Origin: a bacterium
GTDB taxonomy: Bacteria > Zhuqueibacterota > Zhuqueibacteria > Oceanimicrobiales > Oceanimicrobiaceae
Direction of reading: 5' to 3'
Assembly (NCBI GenBank): GCA_046757165.1
Contig: JBHHXT010000111.1
Location: 1 to 14,748, forward strand
Length of the DNA stretch: 14,748 nt
A program made the position numbers and the translations under genes. Below are positions 1 through 8,971 of the stretch, piece by piece. How positions within the stretch are numbered: the stretch's first letter is position 1; every line of letters begins with the position of its first letter. The notes beneath the pieces are model-generated. The model was not told where the DNA came from, ran no database searches, and worked only from the letters and a program-made list of their open reading frames with translations.

Positions 1-1
1 A

Positions 2-571
2 GGCAATCAGGTCGACCAGATTGTTTACTTTTTGAGCGAGCGACAGAACATTAACAACACCGAAGCGATATTAACCGTGCAAATCGAAACGCTCTTGGAT
101 ACCAAATGCTCGAGATGTCATAATGTTGAGCGGGTATTTGCACAGCGTCGTACCAGGGAGGAATGGCGGAGATTGGTGACCAGGATGAGCAATCGTCACC
201 GCAGTTGGATCAATGACACCGAAGCAAAGGTCATCGGTGATTATCTTTCAAAGGTTTACGGGATAAAAGAGCAGACACAAATCAGGCTGGCCGCACTGGT
301 CATACCGCCGATTCGGCGAGAAGTTGATTTTGCACCTTTGTTTGACAAATTAGGGTGCGTCTTTTGTCACGGAGAAGAGGGTTACGGCGACTCACCCGGG
401 ACTCCGGATTGGACGGATCCCGAATGGCAGGAGGATAAGAGCGATGAAGACTTGATACAATCCATTACTGACGGCGTCGACATTCAAATGCCGAGTTTCA
501 AGAATAAACTAACGAAGAACGAAATAATAGCAGCGGTAAGATTTGTTCGTAGCTTCAAGGGCAAAGAATGA
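2..571 (+). CDS. Multi-domain c-type cytochrome, 5'-truncated by the window edge
   Basis: Two CxxCH heme motifs (CSRCH, CVFCH), each followed by a likely distal Met (VTRM; IQMPSF, typical of class I cytochrome c). The frame is open from base 2 (GNQVDQIVYFLSER), so the TTG at 32 is probably not the real start. Confidence 0.85.
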   Translation, partial: GNQVDQIVYFLSERQNINNTEAILTVQIETLLDTKCSRCHNVERVFAQRRTREEWRRLVTRMSNRHRSWINDTEAKVIGDYLSKVYGIKEQTQIRLAALVIPPIRREVDFAPLFDKLGCVFCHGEEGYGDSPGTPDWTDPEWQEDKSDEDLIQSITDGVDIQMPSFKNKLTKNEIIAAVRFVRSFKGKE

Positions 572-690
572 ACCTGCACCGGACACGCCGGAAATCCCAA
601 CAGTCTGGGCTTGCCCAAAAATGACAGAATTTGACTTGTCAGATACAAAAAATTAGATCGCAATCAGTCCGTTTGGGAAAATAGACAAGA

Positions 691-1455
691 ATGGAGAAAA
701 AAATGATCGGCGTCGTCGGCGGCGTCGGCCCGTACGCCGGACTCGATCTCATGCGCAAGATTTTCGACCAGACGCGCGCCGTGTCTGACCAGGACCACCT
801 TCCGGTCGCCATGCTCTCCGTGCCGCACCGCATCGCTGACCGGACCGCTTATGTGCTTGGCGAGACCGAAACCAACCCTGGCCTGGCGATCGCCGAAATC
901 GTGGCCCGGTTGGCGACCCTGGGTGCTGAGGTCATCGGGATTCCCTGCAATACGGCCCACGTGCCCGCGATTTTTGACTGCATCCGGGCGGGGGTTGAAC
1001 CCCTCTCCGGCATGATTCTGCTGCACATGATCGAGGAGGTGGCGTCATACCTCGGGCAGGCCCATCCCGGCGCCAGGCGCGTCGGTGTCATCTCCACAAC
1101 CGGCACGTTCAAAACGAAGCTCTATCCGGAATTGATGTCAAAGCAAGGCATTGAGGTCATACAAGTCCCGGAGGAGGTGCAGGCCCGGAACGTTCAGCCA
1201 GCCATCTATGATTCTGAATACGGCATCAAAGTCAACGCCAGCCCGGTGTCGACTTGGGCGACTGAGAAGTTGAGAAAGGCTGTGGATTATTTGGTGCAAC
1301 AGGGGGCAGAAGCGATCATTCTTGGCTGCACGGAGCTGCCCCTGGCAATTCCAGACAGAGAAATGAAGGGAGTCCCGGTGGTTGATCCTGCGTGGGTTCT
1401 GGCCAGGGCACTCATCCGTCACGCCGCGCCGTCTGCACTCCAGGAAGAGCCATGA
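691..1455 (+). CDS. Aspartate/glutamate racemase family, aspartate racemase-like
   Basis: N-terminal IGVVGGVGPYAG, DQDH and IADRT motifs, and two catalytic-Cys motifs PCNTAH and GCTELP; 254 aa. Confidence 0.92.
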   Translation: MEKKMIGVVGGVGPYAGLDLMRKIFDQTRAVSDQDHLPVAMLSVPHRIADRTAYVLGETETNPGLAIAEIVARLATLGAEVIGIPCNTAHVPAIFDCIRAGVEPLSGMILLHMIEEVASYLGQAHPGARRVGVISTTGTFKTKLYPELMSKQGIEVIQVPEEVQARNVQPAIYDSEYGIKVNASPVSTWATEKLRKAVDYLVQQGAEAIILGCTELPLAIPDREMKGVPVVDPAWVLARALIRHAAPSALQEEP

Positions 1456-1539
1456 CATCGCGCAATGCTCTAATCAAAGCGTCTAATTTTTTTCGCAGAC
1501 TTCGCTGCGAAGAAAGTCATTTAGCGCTTCGCGCTGTCA

Positions 1540-1595
1540 TTTTCCCTGTGGGCGTCATTGAGCAACCACTGACCCAATGACGCCCACAGGGAAAA
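1540..1595. terminator. Perfect 21-bp inverted repeat between convergent genes (bidirectional terminator or palindromic element)
   Basis: TTTTCCCTGTGGGCGTCATTG (1540-1560) / CAATGACGCCCACAGGGAAAA (1575-1595), 14-nt loop. Smaller hairpins at 1492-1511 and 1523-1535. Confidence 0.65.
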
Positions 1596-1597
1596 GT

Positions 1598-1630
1598 CCT
1601 ACAGCCTAAAAGCCTACAGCCTATCGGCCT
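1598..1630. repeat. Degenerate ~7-nt tandem repeat (CCTACAG-like)
   Basis: cctacag-cctaaaag-cctacag-cctatcgg-cct, read directly. Confidence 0.6.
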
Positions 1631-1632
1631 GT

Positions 1633-3504
1633 CTAGTTACTTTTCTTCTTGAAAAACCCCTCGAGCTTGTCTTTTGCCTTCTCCAGTCCTTTCTTCTTTT
1701 TCTGGTTTATTCGTGCTTCAACTTCCTTCTTTTTCGCCTCCAAAGCCGCGAGCTGGTCATCGACGGCTTGGCCGAGCTTGTCCATTTCAGCCGTGATCGT
1801 CGCCTTGTTGGCAGACACGAACTTCAGGGCTTCTTGCTTCCTGGGCGCCACGACCTGGTCGATTCTCTTGCGAATCTCGGCACGCGTCTGAGCCACGGAC
1901 CGACCGACGAGGGCCTTGATCCTGTGCGCCAAAATATCATCGACATTTGAGCGAATTTCCAGGTGCAAGTCACCGGTCGGGCCAACGATGGCGGCCGTCA
2001 ACCTCAGGCGGTCGATTGCAGCGAAGACTTCCCGGGTCACTCTTGAAATCGCATCGTCGTTGGCCGCGCCGGGGTCAAATGTGAAGGTCACCGGACTGGC
2101 GGTGAATGTGGTCTTGAATTCCAGGTTCTGACCGATGAGCTCGAAGGCCACTGCGATGTTGCCGCTTGCCGCGACGATGGCTGAGGGCAAAAACGGTCTG
2201 CGCGGCAAATCGATCGTCCCGAAGCGAACCCCTGAGGCTTGAATTTGAAAGCGCTCCTCGGGCACATCGCGCGTGTGGTCGATGGCGCCGGTAATCTCGT
2301 ATGCGTTGGCATTCGGCAGACGGGCCTCGAGCGAGAAGGTGAGCGGTTTGCCATACAGGCGTGGCTGGGAGGTCACTGCCGTAACCTCGCCGCTCAGGCG
2401 CAGAACCTGGCTGGTGTCCTCCTGGTTGGTGGCGGCGCTCAACAGAAGCCGTTCCATCAGGAACTCCGGCTGGCTGTTCAGAATGGCAAAGTGAATGTCC
2501 TGGCCTTTGAAACGCGGCGGTTTTTCCACTTTGGTGCTGCTGAAAAACTGCTGCGCCACCGGCATGTATTTTCTGCCGAGCTCGATGGTTTCGAGCAGCT
2601 CGATGGTCGGCAAGACGACCATTTCACCAAACAGCATCTTGCCGACACTCTGCGCGCTGAACTCACCGATGTTCGCTTTCGCCTTCACCGCGTTGAAGTC
2701 CTCCTGCACCCAGTTGTCGATCTGCGCGAACGAAGAGGTCACGTGCTGCAAATCGGTGCGGGCGGCCTGCTTCTTCGCGGCGATATCTTTCTCGAGCGTT
2801 TTCAGGGTCTCGATGACTTTCTTGGCTCTGGCCAAAGTTGTCACCAGCTCTTCCAGGTTCGAAATTTCTCTTGGTTTGATCTCCTTGACCTGCTGCTCGA
2901 GTTCGTCAAACCGATGCTGCGGCCGGTATTCCGCCACGGTTTTGTGCCATTTCTGGAAGGTTACCTCTGCCGTCTCCCTGGCCACTTCGATTTTGTGCAC
3001 CGTTTGGAGGTCGAAGGCTGCCATCAAGCTATCCACGTTGGCTTTCTTTTTTAGAATGCCCAGGTTGAGGACCGGCGTCTGTGCGACCTTCGTTTTCAAG
3101 TTATCGGCGGCTTCGCTCGCCCAGCCGGGCTCTTCTTCTTGCTGGATTTCGATCTTGCCATCGCTCTGCCTTCTGGTGCCGATGCGGATATCTTCGACGG
3201 CCACTTCGTTGATGACGATTTTCTTGCGCGTCAGCGGCGCGAGTTCCATGTCGAAAGACAACCGTCCGATTTCAAACAGGTTGTTCCAGGTCTTGTTCGG
3301 GTTGGTGACCTGCAGCCGGTCAAGAGAAACGGACAGACCCAGCAAACTAAACCGGAAGTTGTCGATTTCTACTTTCGCGCCGACGATGGATTCCCCTACC
3401 CCCTCGAGCTGATTCTCGAGAAAGGCGTCACCAAAAAGGTAGGCTGCAGCCCAGAAAAGCGCCACGATGACCAACACGATAACCAATCCTTTGGATCTCA
3501 TCAT
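1633..3504 (-). CDS. TIGR03545-like protein (N-terminal membrane anchor, AsmA-like N-terminus, coiled-coil regions)
   Basis: About 620 aa with N-terminal TM, GAKVEI...LQVTNP...NLFE motif, central helical region, PPRFKGQDIHF motif and Lys-rich C-terminus. Follows the TIGR03546-like gene. Start at 3504 (ATGA overlap) or 3501 is more likely than the GTG at 3510. Confidence 0.85.
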   Translation of the reverse strand: MMRSKGLVIVLVIVALFWAAAYLFGDAFLENQLEGVGESIVGAKVEIDNFRFSLLGLSVSLDRLQVTNPNKTWNNLFEIGRLSFDMELAPLTRKKIVINEVAVEDIRIGTRRQSDGKIEIQQEEEPGWASEAADNLKTKVAQTPVLNLGILKKKANVDSLMAAFDLQTVHKIEVARETAEVTFQKWHKTVAEYRPQHRFDELEQQVKEIKPREISNLEELVTTLARAKKVIETLKTLEKDIAAKKQAARTDLQHVTSSFAQIDNWVQEDFNAVKAKANIGEFSAQSVGKMLFGEMVVLPTIELLETIELGRKYMPVAQQFFSSTKVEKPPRFKGQDIHFAILNSQPEFLMERLLLSAATNQEDTSQVLRLSGEVTAVTSQPRLYGKPLTFSLEARLPNANAYEITGAIDHTRDVPEERFQIQASGVRFGTIDLPRRPFLPSAIVAASGNIAVAFELIGQNLEFKTTFTASPVTFTFDPGAANDDAISRVTREVFAAIDRLRLTAAIVGPTGDLHLEIRSNVDDILAHRIKALVGRSVAQTRAEIRKRIDQVVAPRKQEALKFVSANKATITAEMDKLGQAVDDQLAALEAKKKEVEARINQKKKKGLEKAKDKLEGFFKKKSN

Positions 3505-4028
3505 TTCCACTCCAGGTCTTTAATTCTGACATACCACCTGTAGAGCGCGCTGCCTCTGATCGCTTTGACAATTCTGGAGTTTTCGAGCTTTTTGCCCCAG
3601 GTTTGCCGATAGAGCATGATTCCCTTCCGGGAGCCGACATAGACGGGAAAGGTGAGCGCCAGCGCCACCAGCAGGCTGCCCATGACCACGGTGTTGTTGA
3701 AGCGCGTGTATGGTGCGATGGGCCAGTTGTAGAGTGCCGTCCACACCGGTTTGATGTTCTCGATCTGGGCGAGAACGTAATAGCCAAGCGCATGGTAAAG
3801 CGGATCAAAAACGGTGGTTACGAAACTGAATAGAAAAATGGCAAAAAAGACCGAAGCCAGGTTGACTCTCGTCAACACAGCGATGATCAGCAGAATCATA
3901 TTTTGCAGGGTCCAGAACGGTGTGAGCCCGACCACAAACCCCATGGTAAACCCGGCCGCAATGAGCGAGGGCGATTCGCCAGCGTGTAAGACTTTGATGA
4001 ATTTGCTGATAAACTTCAGCAGGAACAT
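3501..4028 (-). CDS. TIGR03546-like (DUF2062-related) membrane protein
   Basis: 175 aa hydrophobic protein with SPSLIAAGFTMGFVVGLTP and LYNWPIAPYTRFNNTVVMGS motifs. RBS AGAGGAG upstream; overlaps the downstream gene start. Confidence 0.88.
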   Translation of the reverse strand: MFLLKFISKFIKVLHAGESPSLIAAGFTMGFVVGLTPFWTLQNMILLIIAVLTRVNLASVFFAIFLFSFVTTVFDPLYHALGYYVLAQIENIKPVWTALYNWPIAPYTRFNNTVVMGSLLVALALTFPVYVGSRKGIMLYRQTWGKKLENSRIVKAIRGSALYRWYVRIKDLEWK

Positions 4029-4078
4029 GTGAGAACTCCTCTCTTATGCGATTTTCGTCCTGTGAAGGCAACAGCGAA

Positions 4079-4108
4079 AATATACGGAAAATCGTCCGCG
4101 ATTGTCAA
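4079..4108 (-). promoter_or_regulatory. Putative sigma-70 promoter for the TIGR03546/TIGR03545 pair
   Basis: Minus strand TTGACA (4108-4103), 18-nt spacer, TATATT (4084-4079), about 50 nt before the ATG at 4028. Confidence 0.6.
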
Positions 4109-4145
4109 AGGGTTTTTGGTGTCTGTACTTTCAGGCATAAAAGGG

Positions 4146-4174
4146 TTGACTTGCGGCGGGCTGTGCATTATATT
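4146..4174 (+). promoter_or_regulatory. Putative divergent sigma-70 promoter towards the hydrolase/regulator genes
   Basis: TTGACT (4146-4151), 17-nt spacer, TATATT (4169-4174). Confidence 0.55.
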
Positions 4175-4234
4175 CGTGTTAAGCGGCTGTGCAAAACTAA
4201 TAGGGCAATTCTTCCGGTAACATCGTGTTCTGAC

Positions 4235-4315
4235 GTAACGGTGTCTTTGTAAGTCTGAGTTAATCAAAGGATAAGCCTTAGAGCCAAACACGGTCACAGA
4301 CCGTGTTGGATCATT
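4235..4315. repeat. REP-like doublet element, copy 1 (left hairpin degenerate)
   Basis: 30 nt (4286-4315) identical to 14050-14079, including hairpin AACACGGTC-ACA-GACCGTGTT followed by GGATCATT. The spacer resembles 14001-14045 and 14375-14420. Confidence 0.85.
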
Positions 4316-4474
4316 TCTGGACCTTTGTTGCAGTTTACTCTTTCAAGACAGTCTGGAAGCCGAGTTTCCCCGTAAGCTTTGGTTTGCAGGATGATTTCGG
4401 TGGGTCTCGGTGGCTTCAGAGATGTTCGGTGGGAAAGGGGTTTTAAAAGCGCATTTGTAAGAGGAGGGCTAACC

Positions 4475-5365
4475 ATGAGTTCTCTAAACAAGCTACTGTG
4501 CAAGGCTTTGTGTTTTACCCTGGCTCTGGCCGCCTGCCGATCAGGCAGCGACAAAGAATCTGCAAATGGCCATACGCCGAACGACAAAGCCATCACCTGG
4601 GTGGAGGGACCGGCCGGCAAGCTGTGCACCTACACCGTTGGCTCGGGCAGCGTGCCCATCGTCTTCGTCCATTCACTTGCCGGCGAGTGGCAGCAGTGGC
4701 TTCACCAGCTCTACCATCTCGGTGAGGACAGACAAACGATTGCCTTCGACATGCGCGGGCATGGCAGGTCTGTGCGCGGCACAGAGCTGGCCTACGACCA
4801 CGAAGGCATGGTCGCTGACCTTGCAGCTTTGGTCGAACATTTTGGTTTGAAGAGATTTGTGCTCGTCGGCCACAGCTTTGGCGGCAGTGTCTGTGCAGCC
4901 TACGCCGGCGCCCACCCGGATCAGGTCGCCGGCCTGCTGTTTGTGGATACAGCGGGAGACCAGCGGCAGGCGCCGAAAGAGCAAGTGCAGCAATTCATCG
5001 CACAGGTCGAGTCGGAAAAGTACCCAGACGTCATGCTGACTTACTGGAACCAGCTTCTGGTCCACTCCCAGGAGGAGGTCAAGAAAAGAGTCATTTCCGC
5101 CATGCAAGCGACACAGAAAGAGGCCATCACCGGCGCGGTCAAAAGCATGCAGAAGTTTGACATCGTATCCGCTCTCAACAATTACAGCGGTCCCATGCTG
5201 GCAATCATCAGCGATTTGAACCAGCAGCCGTACTCTCTGCATCATGTCGTGCCCAATTTGCCCCATAAAATGATGAGCGGCACCGGGCACTGGCTGCAAA
5301 TGGACCGGCCGGAAGAGTTCAATGAGATGATGGATGCATTCTTGTTGAAAATCGAGAAGCAATAA
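4475..5365 (+). CDS. Alpha/beta-hydrolase fold lipoprotein
   Basis: RBS GAGGAGG before the ATG at 4475; lipobox LAAC; FVHSLAG oxyanion region, DMRGHGRS, nucleophile elbow GHSFGG and catalytic His in GTGHWLQMDRPE. Confidence 0.9.
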   Translation: MSSLNKLLCKALCFTLALAACRSGSDKESANGHTPNDKAITWVEGPAGKLCTYTVGSGSVPIVFVHSLAGEWQQWLHQLYHLGEDRQTIAFDMRGHGRSVRGTELAYDHEGMVADLAALVEHFGLKRFVLVGHSFGGSVCAAYAGAHPDQVAGLLFVDTAGDQRQAPKEQVQQFIAQVESEKYPDVMLTYWNQLLVHSQEEVKKRVISAMQATQKEAITGAVKSMQKFDIVSALNNYSGPMLAIISDLNQQPYSLHHVVPNLPHKMMSGTGHWLQMDRPEEFNEMMDAFLLKIEKQ

Positions 5366-5374
5366 TCCTCGATT

Positions 5375-6739
5375 ATGTCTAAAGCAAGTATCCTGGTTGT
5401 TGACGACGAAAAGAATATCCGCCGCTCCGTGGACATGATTTGCGCCGGGGAGGGCTACGGAGTCAAAACGGCAGCGGACGCCGAGGAAGCGCTGAAAATC
5501 CTGGACCGTCATCCGGTTGACCTGGTTCTGCTCGATGTGGTCATGCCTGGCATTGATGGCCTGGCCTTGTTGAAAAAAATAAAGGCGGAAAAACCGGAAA
5601 CAGCAGTGGTGATGATCTCCGGCAACGCCACCGTTCAAAATGCGGTGACCGCTACCAAAGAGGGTGCCTACGACTTTATCGAGAAGCCGCTCAGCAAAGA
5701 GAAGCTGCTCATTTCCATCAAGAATGCGCTACAAAATCGCACCCTGCAGCGCGAGAATCTGGCGCTGCGCCAGCAGATTCGTGGCAGCTATGAGATGGTG
5801 GGCGAGAGCCGCGCCATGAAAGAGATTCTGGACCAGATTGCCAAAGTCGCGCCCACGCCGGGTCGAGTGCTCATTACCGGCGAGAGCGGCACGGGCAAGG
5901 AGCTGATTGCGCGCGCCATCCACCAGAACAGTCCGCGCAAGAAGGGGCCGTTTATCAAAGTCAACTGCGCAGCCATTCCGGAAGAGCTGATCGAAAGTGA
6001 GCTCTTTGGCAGCGTGAAGGGCGCCTTTACCGGCGCCACCGAAAACCGCGACGGCAAGTTCAGCCTGGCCCACGGCGGGACCATCTTCCTGGACGAGATC
6101 GGCGACATGAGTCTAAAAGTGCAGTCCAAAGTCCTGCGCGTCCTGCAGGAAGGGGAATTCGAAAAGGTCGGCGGCAGTAAGACCATCCAAGTCGATGTGC
6201 GCGTGCTGGCCGCAACCAACAAAGACCTGGAACAGGAGGCGAAACAGGGCCGGTTCCGCGACGACCTGTACTTTCGCCTGAACGTCATCCCCATTGTTTC
6301 GCCTCCCCTGCGACGACGAAAAGAGGATATCCCGATCCTGGTGCAGCACTTCATCGCAACGTTCAGCAGAGAGAATGGCTACCCGGCCAGGCAGCTCAGC
6401 CATGAGGCAATGCAAGCTTTGCAAGCTTACGGCTGGCCGGGAAATATCCGCGAGCTCAGAAACATCGTGGAACGGTTCATGATCATGTGCCCTTCCGAAG
6501 TCGTGAACCTCACCGACCTGCCAGCGCACATCCAAACCCCCACTTCCAGGACGCCCTTCAACCTGGAATCCGGCATGACCCTGAAAGAAGTGCGGGAAAA
6601 CGTCGAGCGCACTTTCATTGTCCAGACTCTGAAAAGGAACAAATGGAACATCAGCCAGGCGGCAAAGGAGATGGACGTGGACCGGACAAACTTGCATAAG
6701 AAGATCAAGGTTTATGGGTTGTCGGAGAGGGAGGGGTGA
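5375..6739 (+). CDS. Sigma-54-dependent response regulator (NtrC/NtrX-like: REC-AAA+-Fis HTH)
   Basis: REC (VVDDE, LLDVVMP, EKP), Walker A GESGTGKE, ESELFG, intact GAFTGA, Walker B FLDEIG, RDDLYFRLNV, WPGNIREL and C-terminal HTH. Confidence 0.96.
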   Translation: MSKASILVVDDEKNIRRSVDMICAGEGYGVKTAADAEEALKILDRHPVDLVLLDVVMPGIDGLALLKKIKAEKPETAVVMISGNATVQNAVTATKEGAYDFIEKPLSKEKLLISIKNALQNRTLQRENLALRQQIRGSYEMVGESRAMKEILDQIAKVAPTPGRVLITGESGTGKELIARAIHQNSPRKKGPFIKVNCAAIPEELIESELFGSVKGAFTGATENRDGKFSLAHGGTIFLDEIGDMSLKVQSKVLRVLQEGEFEKVGGSKTIQVDVRVLAATNKDLEQEAKQGRFRDDLYFRLNVIPIVSPPLRRRKEDIPILVQHFIATFSRENGYPARQLSHEAMQALQAYGWPGNIRELRNIVERFMIMCPSEVVNLTDLPAHIQTPTSRTPFNLESGMTLKEVRENVERTFIVQTLKRNKWNISQAAKEMDVDRTNLHKKIKVYGLSEREG

Positions 6740-6745
6740 GTTTGT

Positions 6746-6808
6746 GCTTTTTGCTGTTGGCTGTTAGCTTTGTGACAAAGGCTGATAGCCAAAGGCCAAC
6801 AGCCACTG
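6746..6808. repeat. Inverted arrays of 7-nt repeats between convergent genes
   Basis: gcttttt-gctgttg-gctgtta-gct, central ctttgt-g-acaaag, then gctgata-gccaaag-gccaaca-gccactg, forming an imperfect long hairpin. Confidence 0.65.
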
Positions 6809-8851
6809 TCAGGACTTTTCTTGCCGATGGGATAATAACTCCCGAATTTTTGCCCCTAAAGATTCCCGCGTATAAGGCTTTTGCAGGACTGCGATAGACC
6901 TCGGTTCAGTTTCAAGTCCAAAATCTGCAAGTTTTGCATGAACGTCGTATCCCGTCACAAAGAGGACCGGAAGATTGGGCCTGGAAACAGTCATTTTTTT
7001 GTAGATATCGGGCCCGCTTTCTTTGGGCATCACAACGTCGAGAATCACCAAATCGATGTTGTTCTTTTCAGACTGAAATAGGTTCATCGCTTCTTCTCCA
7101 TCCCGTGCGGTCAAGACTTTGTAGCCCAGGTAGTTCAGAATCCGAACAGTTACACCTAAGACAACGGCTTCATCTTCCACCAGCAGGAGCGTCTCGCCAC
7201 GGCCCCGCGTCACATGTGCTGGCTCTGGTTTATCTTCGGTCGCCTTTGTACGCTTTACGGCAGGGAAAAAAATCTCAACAGTTGTACCTTCGCCCGGCCT
7301 GCTGTCGACCTCAATATTCCCACCGTGCTGCTCGACGATGCCATGGACCACCGCCAATCCAAGACCGGTGCCCTTGCCAACTTCTTTGGTGGTGTAAAAA
7401 GGGTCGAATATGTGCGCCAGGTTCTCCTTCTCGATGCCGGTTCCGGTATCTGCGACAACGATCTGAACATACTTCCTGGCTGTTTGGCGATCTTTCGGTT
7501 CGTCCAGTAAAGCCGTCCTTTTCACATTGCGGGTTTTCAGCATCAGTTTGCCGCCTTTGGGCATGGCGTCGCGCGCGTTGGCAAAAAGGTTCATCAAAAC
7601 CTGCTGCACCTGGCCCGGGTCGGCGTACACGGGCGCGAGCTTGCGGGCAAACTCGACCCTGAGCTCGATATCTTCCCCCAGAATGCGCCGCAGCATTTTC
7701 AGCAGGTCCTCGATGGTTCGATTCAGGTTCAGGATCTTCTTCTTCAGCACCTGGCGCCGGCTGAAGCTCAACAGTTGATTTGTGAGGTCGCTGGCCCGAT
7801 TGGCCGCTTCTTTGATTGCGATAAAATGCTCATAGCCCGGAGCGTCCGGCCGTAAATCCTCTAAGCCAAATTCTGCGTTGCCGAGAATGGTGGTCAGGAG
7901 ATTGTTGAAATCGTGCGCCACGCCGCCGGCCAGCGTGCCGATGGTCTCCATCTTCTGCGCTTGCAGGAGCTGTTCCTGTAATTGTTTGCGTTCTGTTGTG
8001 TCTTCCTTGACTGCGACAAAATGGGTAATGACGCCCTGTTCATTCTTGATAGGAGAAATGGAGAAAAATTCCCAGTAGAGCTCGCCGTTCTTTTTCTTAT
8101 TCTGAAATTCACCCCGCCACTCTTTACCGGCCGTGATGGTCAGCCACAACCGTTGGTATTCTGCCGGCGATGTCTCCCCGGACTGCAAAATACGCGGATT
8201 CTTACCCAGGACTTCTTCCCGAGTATAGCCCGTGACTTCTGTGAACTTGGGATTGACATATTCAATATTTCCTCGGGCATCGGTAATCATGATCGTCGCC
8301 GGACTTTGTTCCACAGCGTGCGAGAACTTGCGCAACGCCTCCTCAGTGCGCTTGCGCTCGGTGACTTCCGTTGTCAGCTCCAACATTTTCTGTTCCAGCT
8401 TGTTCACCAGCCGCTCGCTGTAGAGCTTGAAGACTTCCTCTCTTTTCATGACCGGGCGTTTCTGAGGCTCGATCTTGCCCTTTCCCACATGCTCGATCAC
8501 TCCCTCCACCATCTTAGTGAACTCATCTGGATCGGTAGGTTTGCGAATGAATTTGTCTGCCCCTAACTTCATGGCCAACTTTTCGTCTGCCTCGTCTGTA
8601 TAGGTCGCCGTGTAAAAGACAAACAGGATATCTTTGAACTTGTCGTCCGCTCTCACCTGTTTACAAAGCTCAAACCCATCCATGGCCGGCATGAGAATAT
8701 CTGAAATAATCATCTTGACTCCATCGGCGCGGAGTTTTTTCAGGGCTTCCTTGCCGTTTAGTGCTTGTATGACCTGGTAGCCGCTTTTTTTCAGCAAGAC
8801 ATCCAGGAGGTAGAGGTCCTCTTTCTTGTCATCTACAATCAGGATGTTCAT
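6809..8851 (-). CDS. Hybrid sensor histidine kinase (REC-PAS-HisKA-HATPase-REC), cytoplasmic
   Basis: N-terminal REC, PAS/PAC (YVNPKFTEVTGY...GKNPRIL...WRGEF), H-box AHDFNNLL, N-box NLFANARDAM, DTGTGI, FYTTKEVGKGTGLGL and C-terminal REC. RBS GAGGAG/AAGGA. Confidence 0.96.
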   Translation of the reverse strand: MNILIVDDKKEDLYLLDVLLKKSGYQVIQALNGKEALKKLRADGVKMIISDILMPAMDGFELCKQVRADDKFKDILFVFYTATYTDEADEKLAMKLGADKFIRKPTDPDEFTKMVEGVIEHVGKGKIEPQKRPVMKREEVFKLYSERLVNKLEQKMLELTTEVTERKRTEEALRKFSHAVEQSPATIMITDARGNIEYVNPKFTEVTGYTREEVLGKNPRILQSGETSPAEYQRLWLTITAGKEWRGEFQNKKKNGELYWEFFSISPIKNEQGVITHFVAVKEDTTERKQLQEQLLQAQKMETIGTLAGGVAHDFNNLLTTILGNAEFGLEDLRPDAPGYEHFIAIKEAANRASDLTNQLLSFSRRQVLKKKILNLNRTIEDLLKMLRRILGEDIELRVEFARKLAPVYADPGQVQQVLMNLFANARDAMPKGGKLMLKTRNVKRTALLDEPKDRQTARKYVQIVVADTGTGIEKENLAHIFDPFYTTKEVGKGTGLGLAVVHGIVEQHGGNIEVDSRPGEGTTVEIFFPAVKRTKATEDKPEPAHVTRGRGETLLLVEDEAVVLGVTVRILNYLGYKVLTARDGEEAMNLFQSEKNNIDLVILDVVMPKESGPDIYKKMTVSRPNLPVLFVTGYDVHAKLADFGLETEPRSIAVLQKPYTRESLGAKIRELLSHRQEKS

Positions 8852-8897
8852 TTTCCTTTCTCCTCATAACTGGCGCCGCCGGATCCTCCCGGCTCAA

Positions 8898-8953
8898 CAA
8901 TAACACAATAACACAATGGAGCAATGGAGCAATAGAACAATAGAACAATGAAT
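8898..8953. repeat. Seven tandem 8-nt units with an invariant CAAT core
   Basis: caataaca x2, caatggag x2, caatagaa x2, caatgaat. Confidence 0.9.
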
Positions 8954-8971
8954 CTCCTTCCTGCCCCGACC

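Noticed and set aside
2239..3543. Long plus-strand ORFs (271, 305 and 134 aa)
   Set aside because: Antisense shadows of the TIGR03545-like gene with no recognisable motifs.
4016..4297. 93-aa ORF sharing PLIN..LQRHR with ORF 14192-14452
   Set aside because: The similarity comes from translating the non-coding repeat; it is not a protein family.
4379..4474. Upstream in-frame extension of the hydrolase
   Set aside because: The strong RBS and signal peptide place the start at 4475.
4673..5638. 321-aa minus-strand ORF
   Set aside because: Antisense shadow spanning two well-supported genes.
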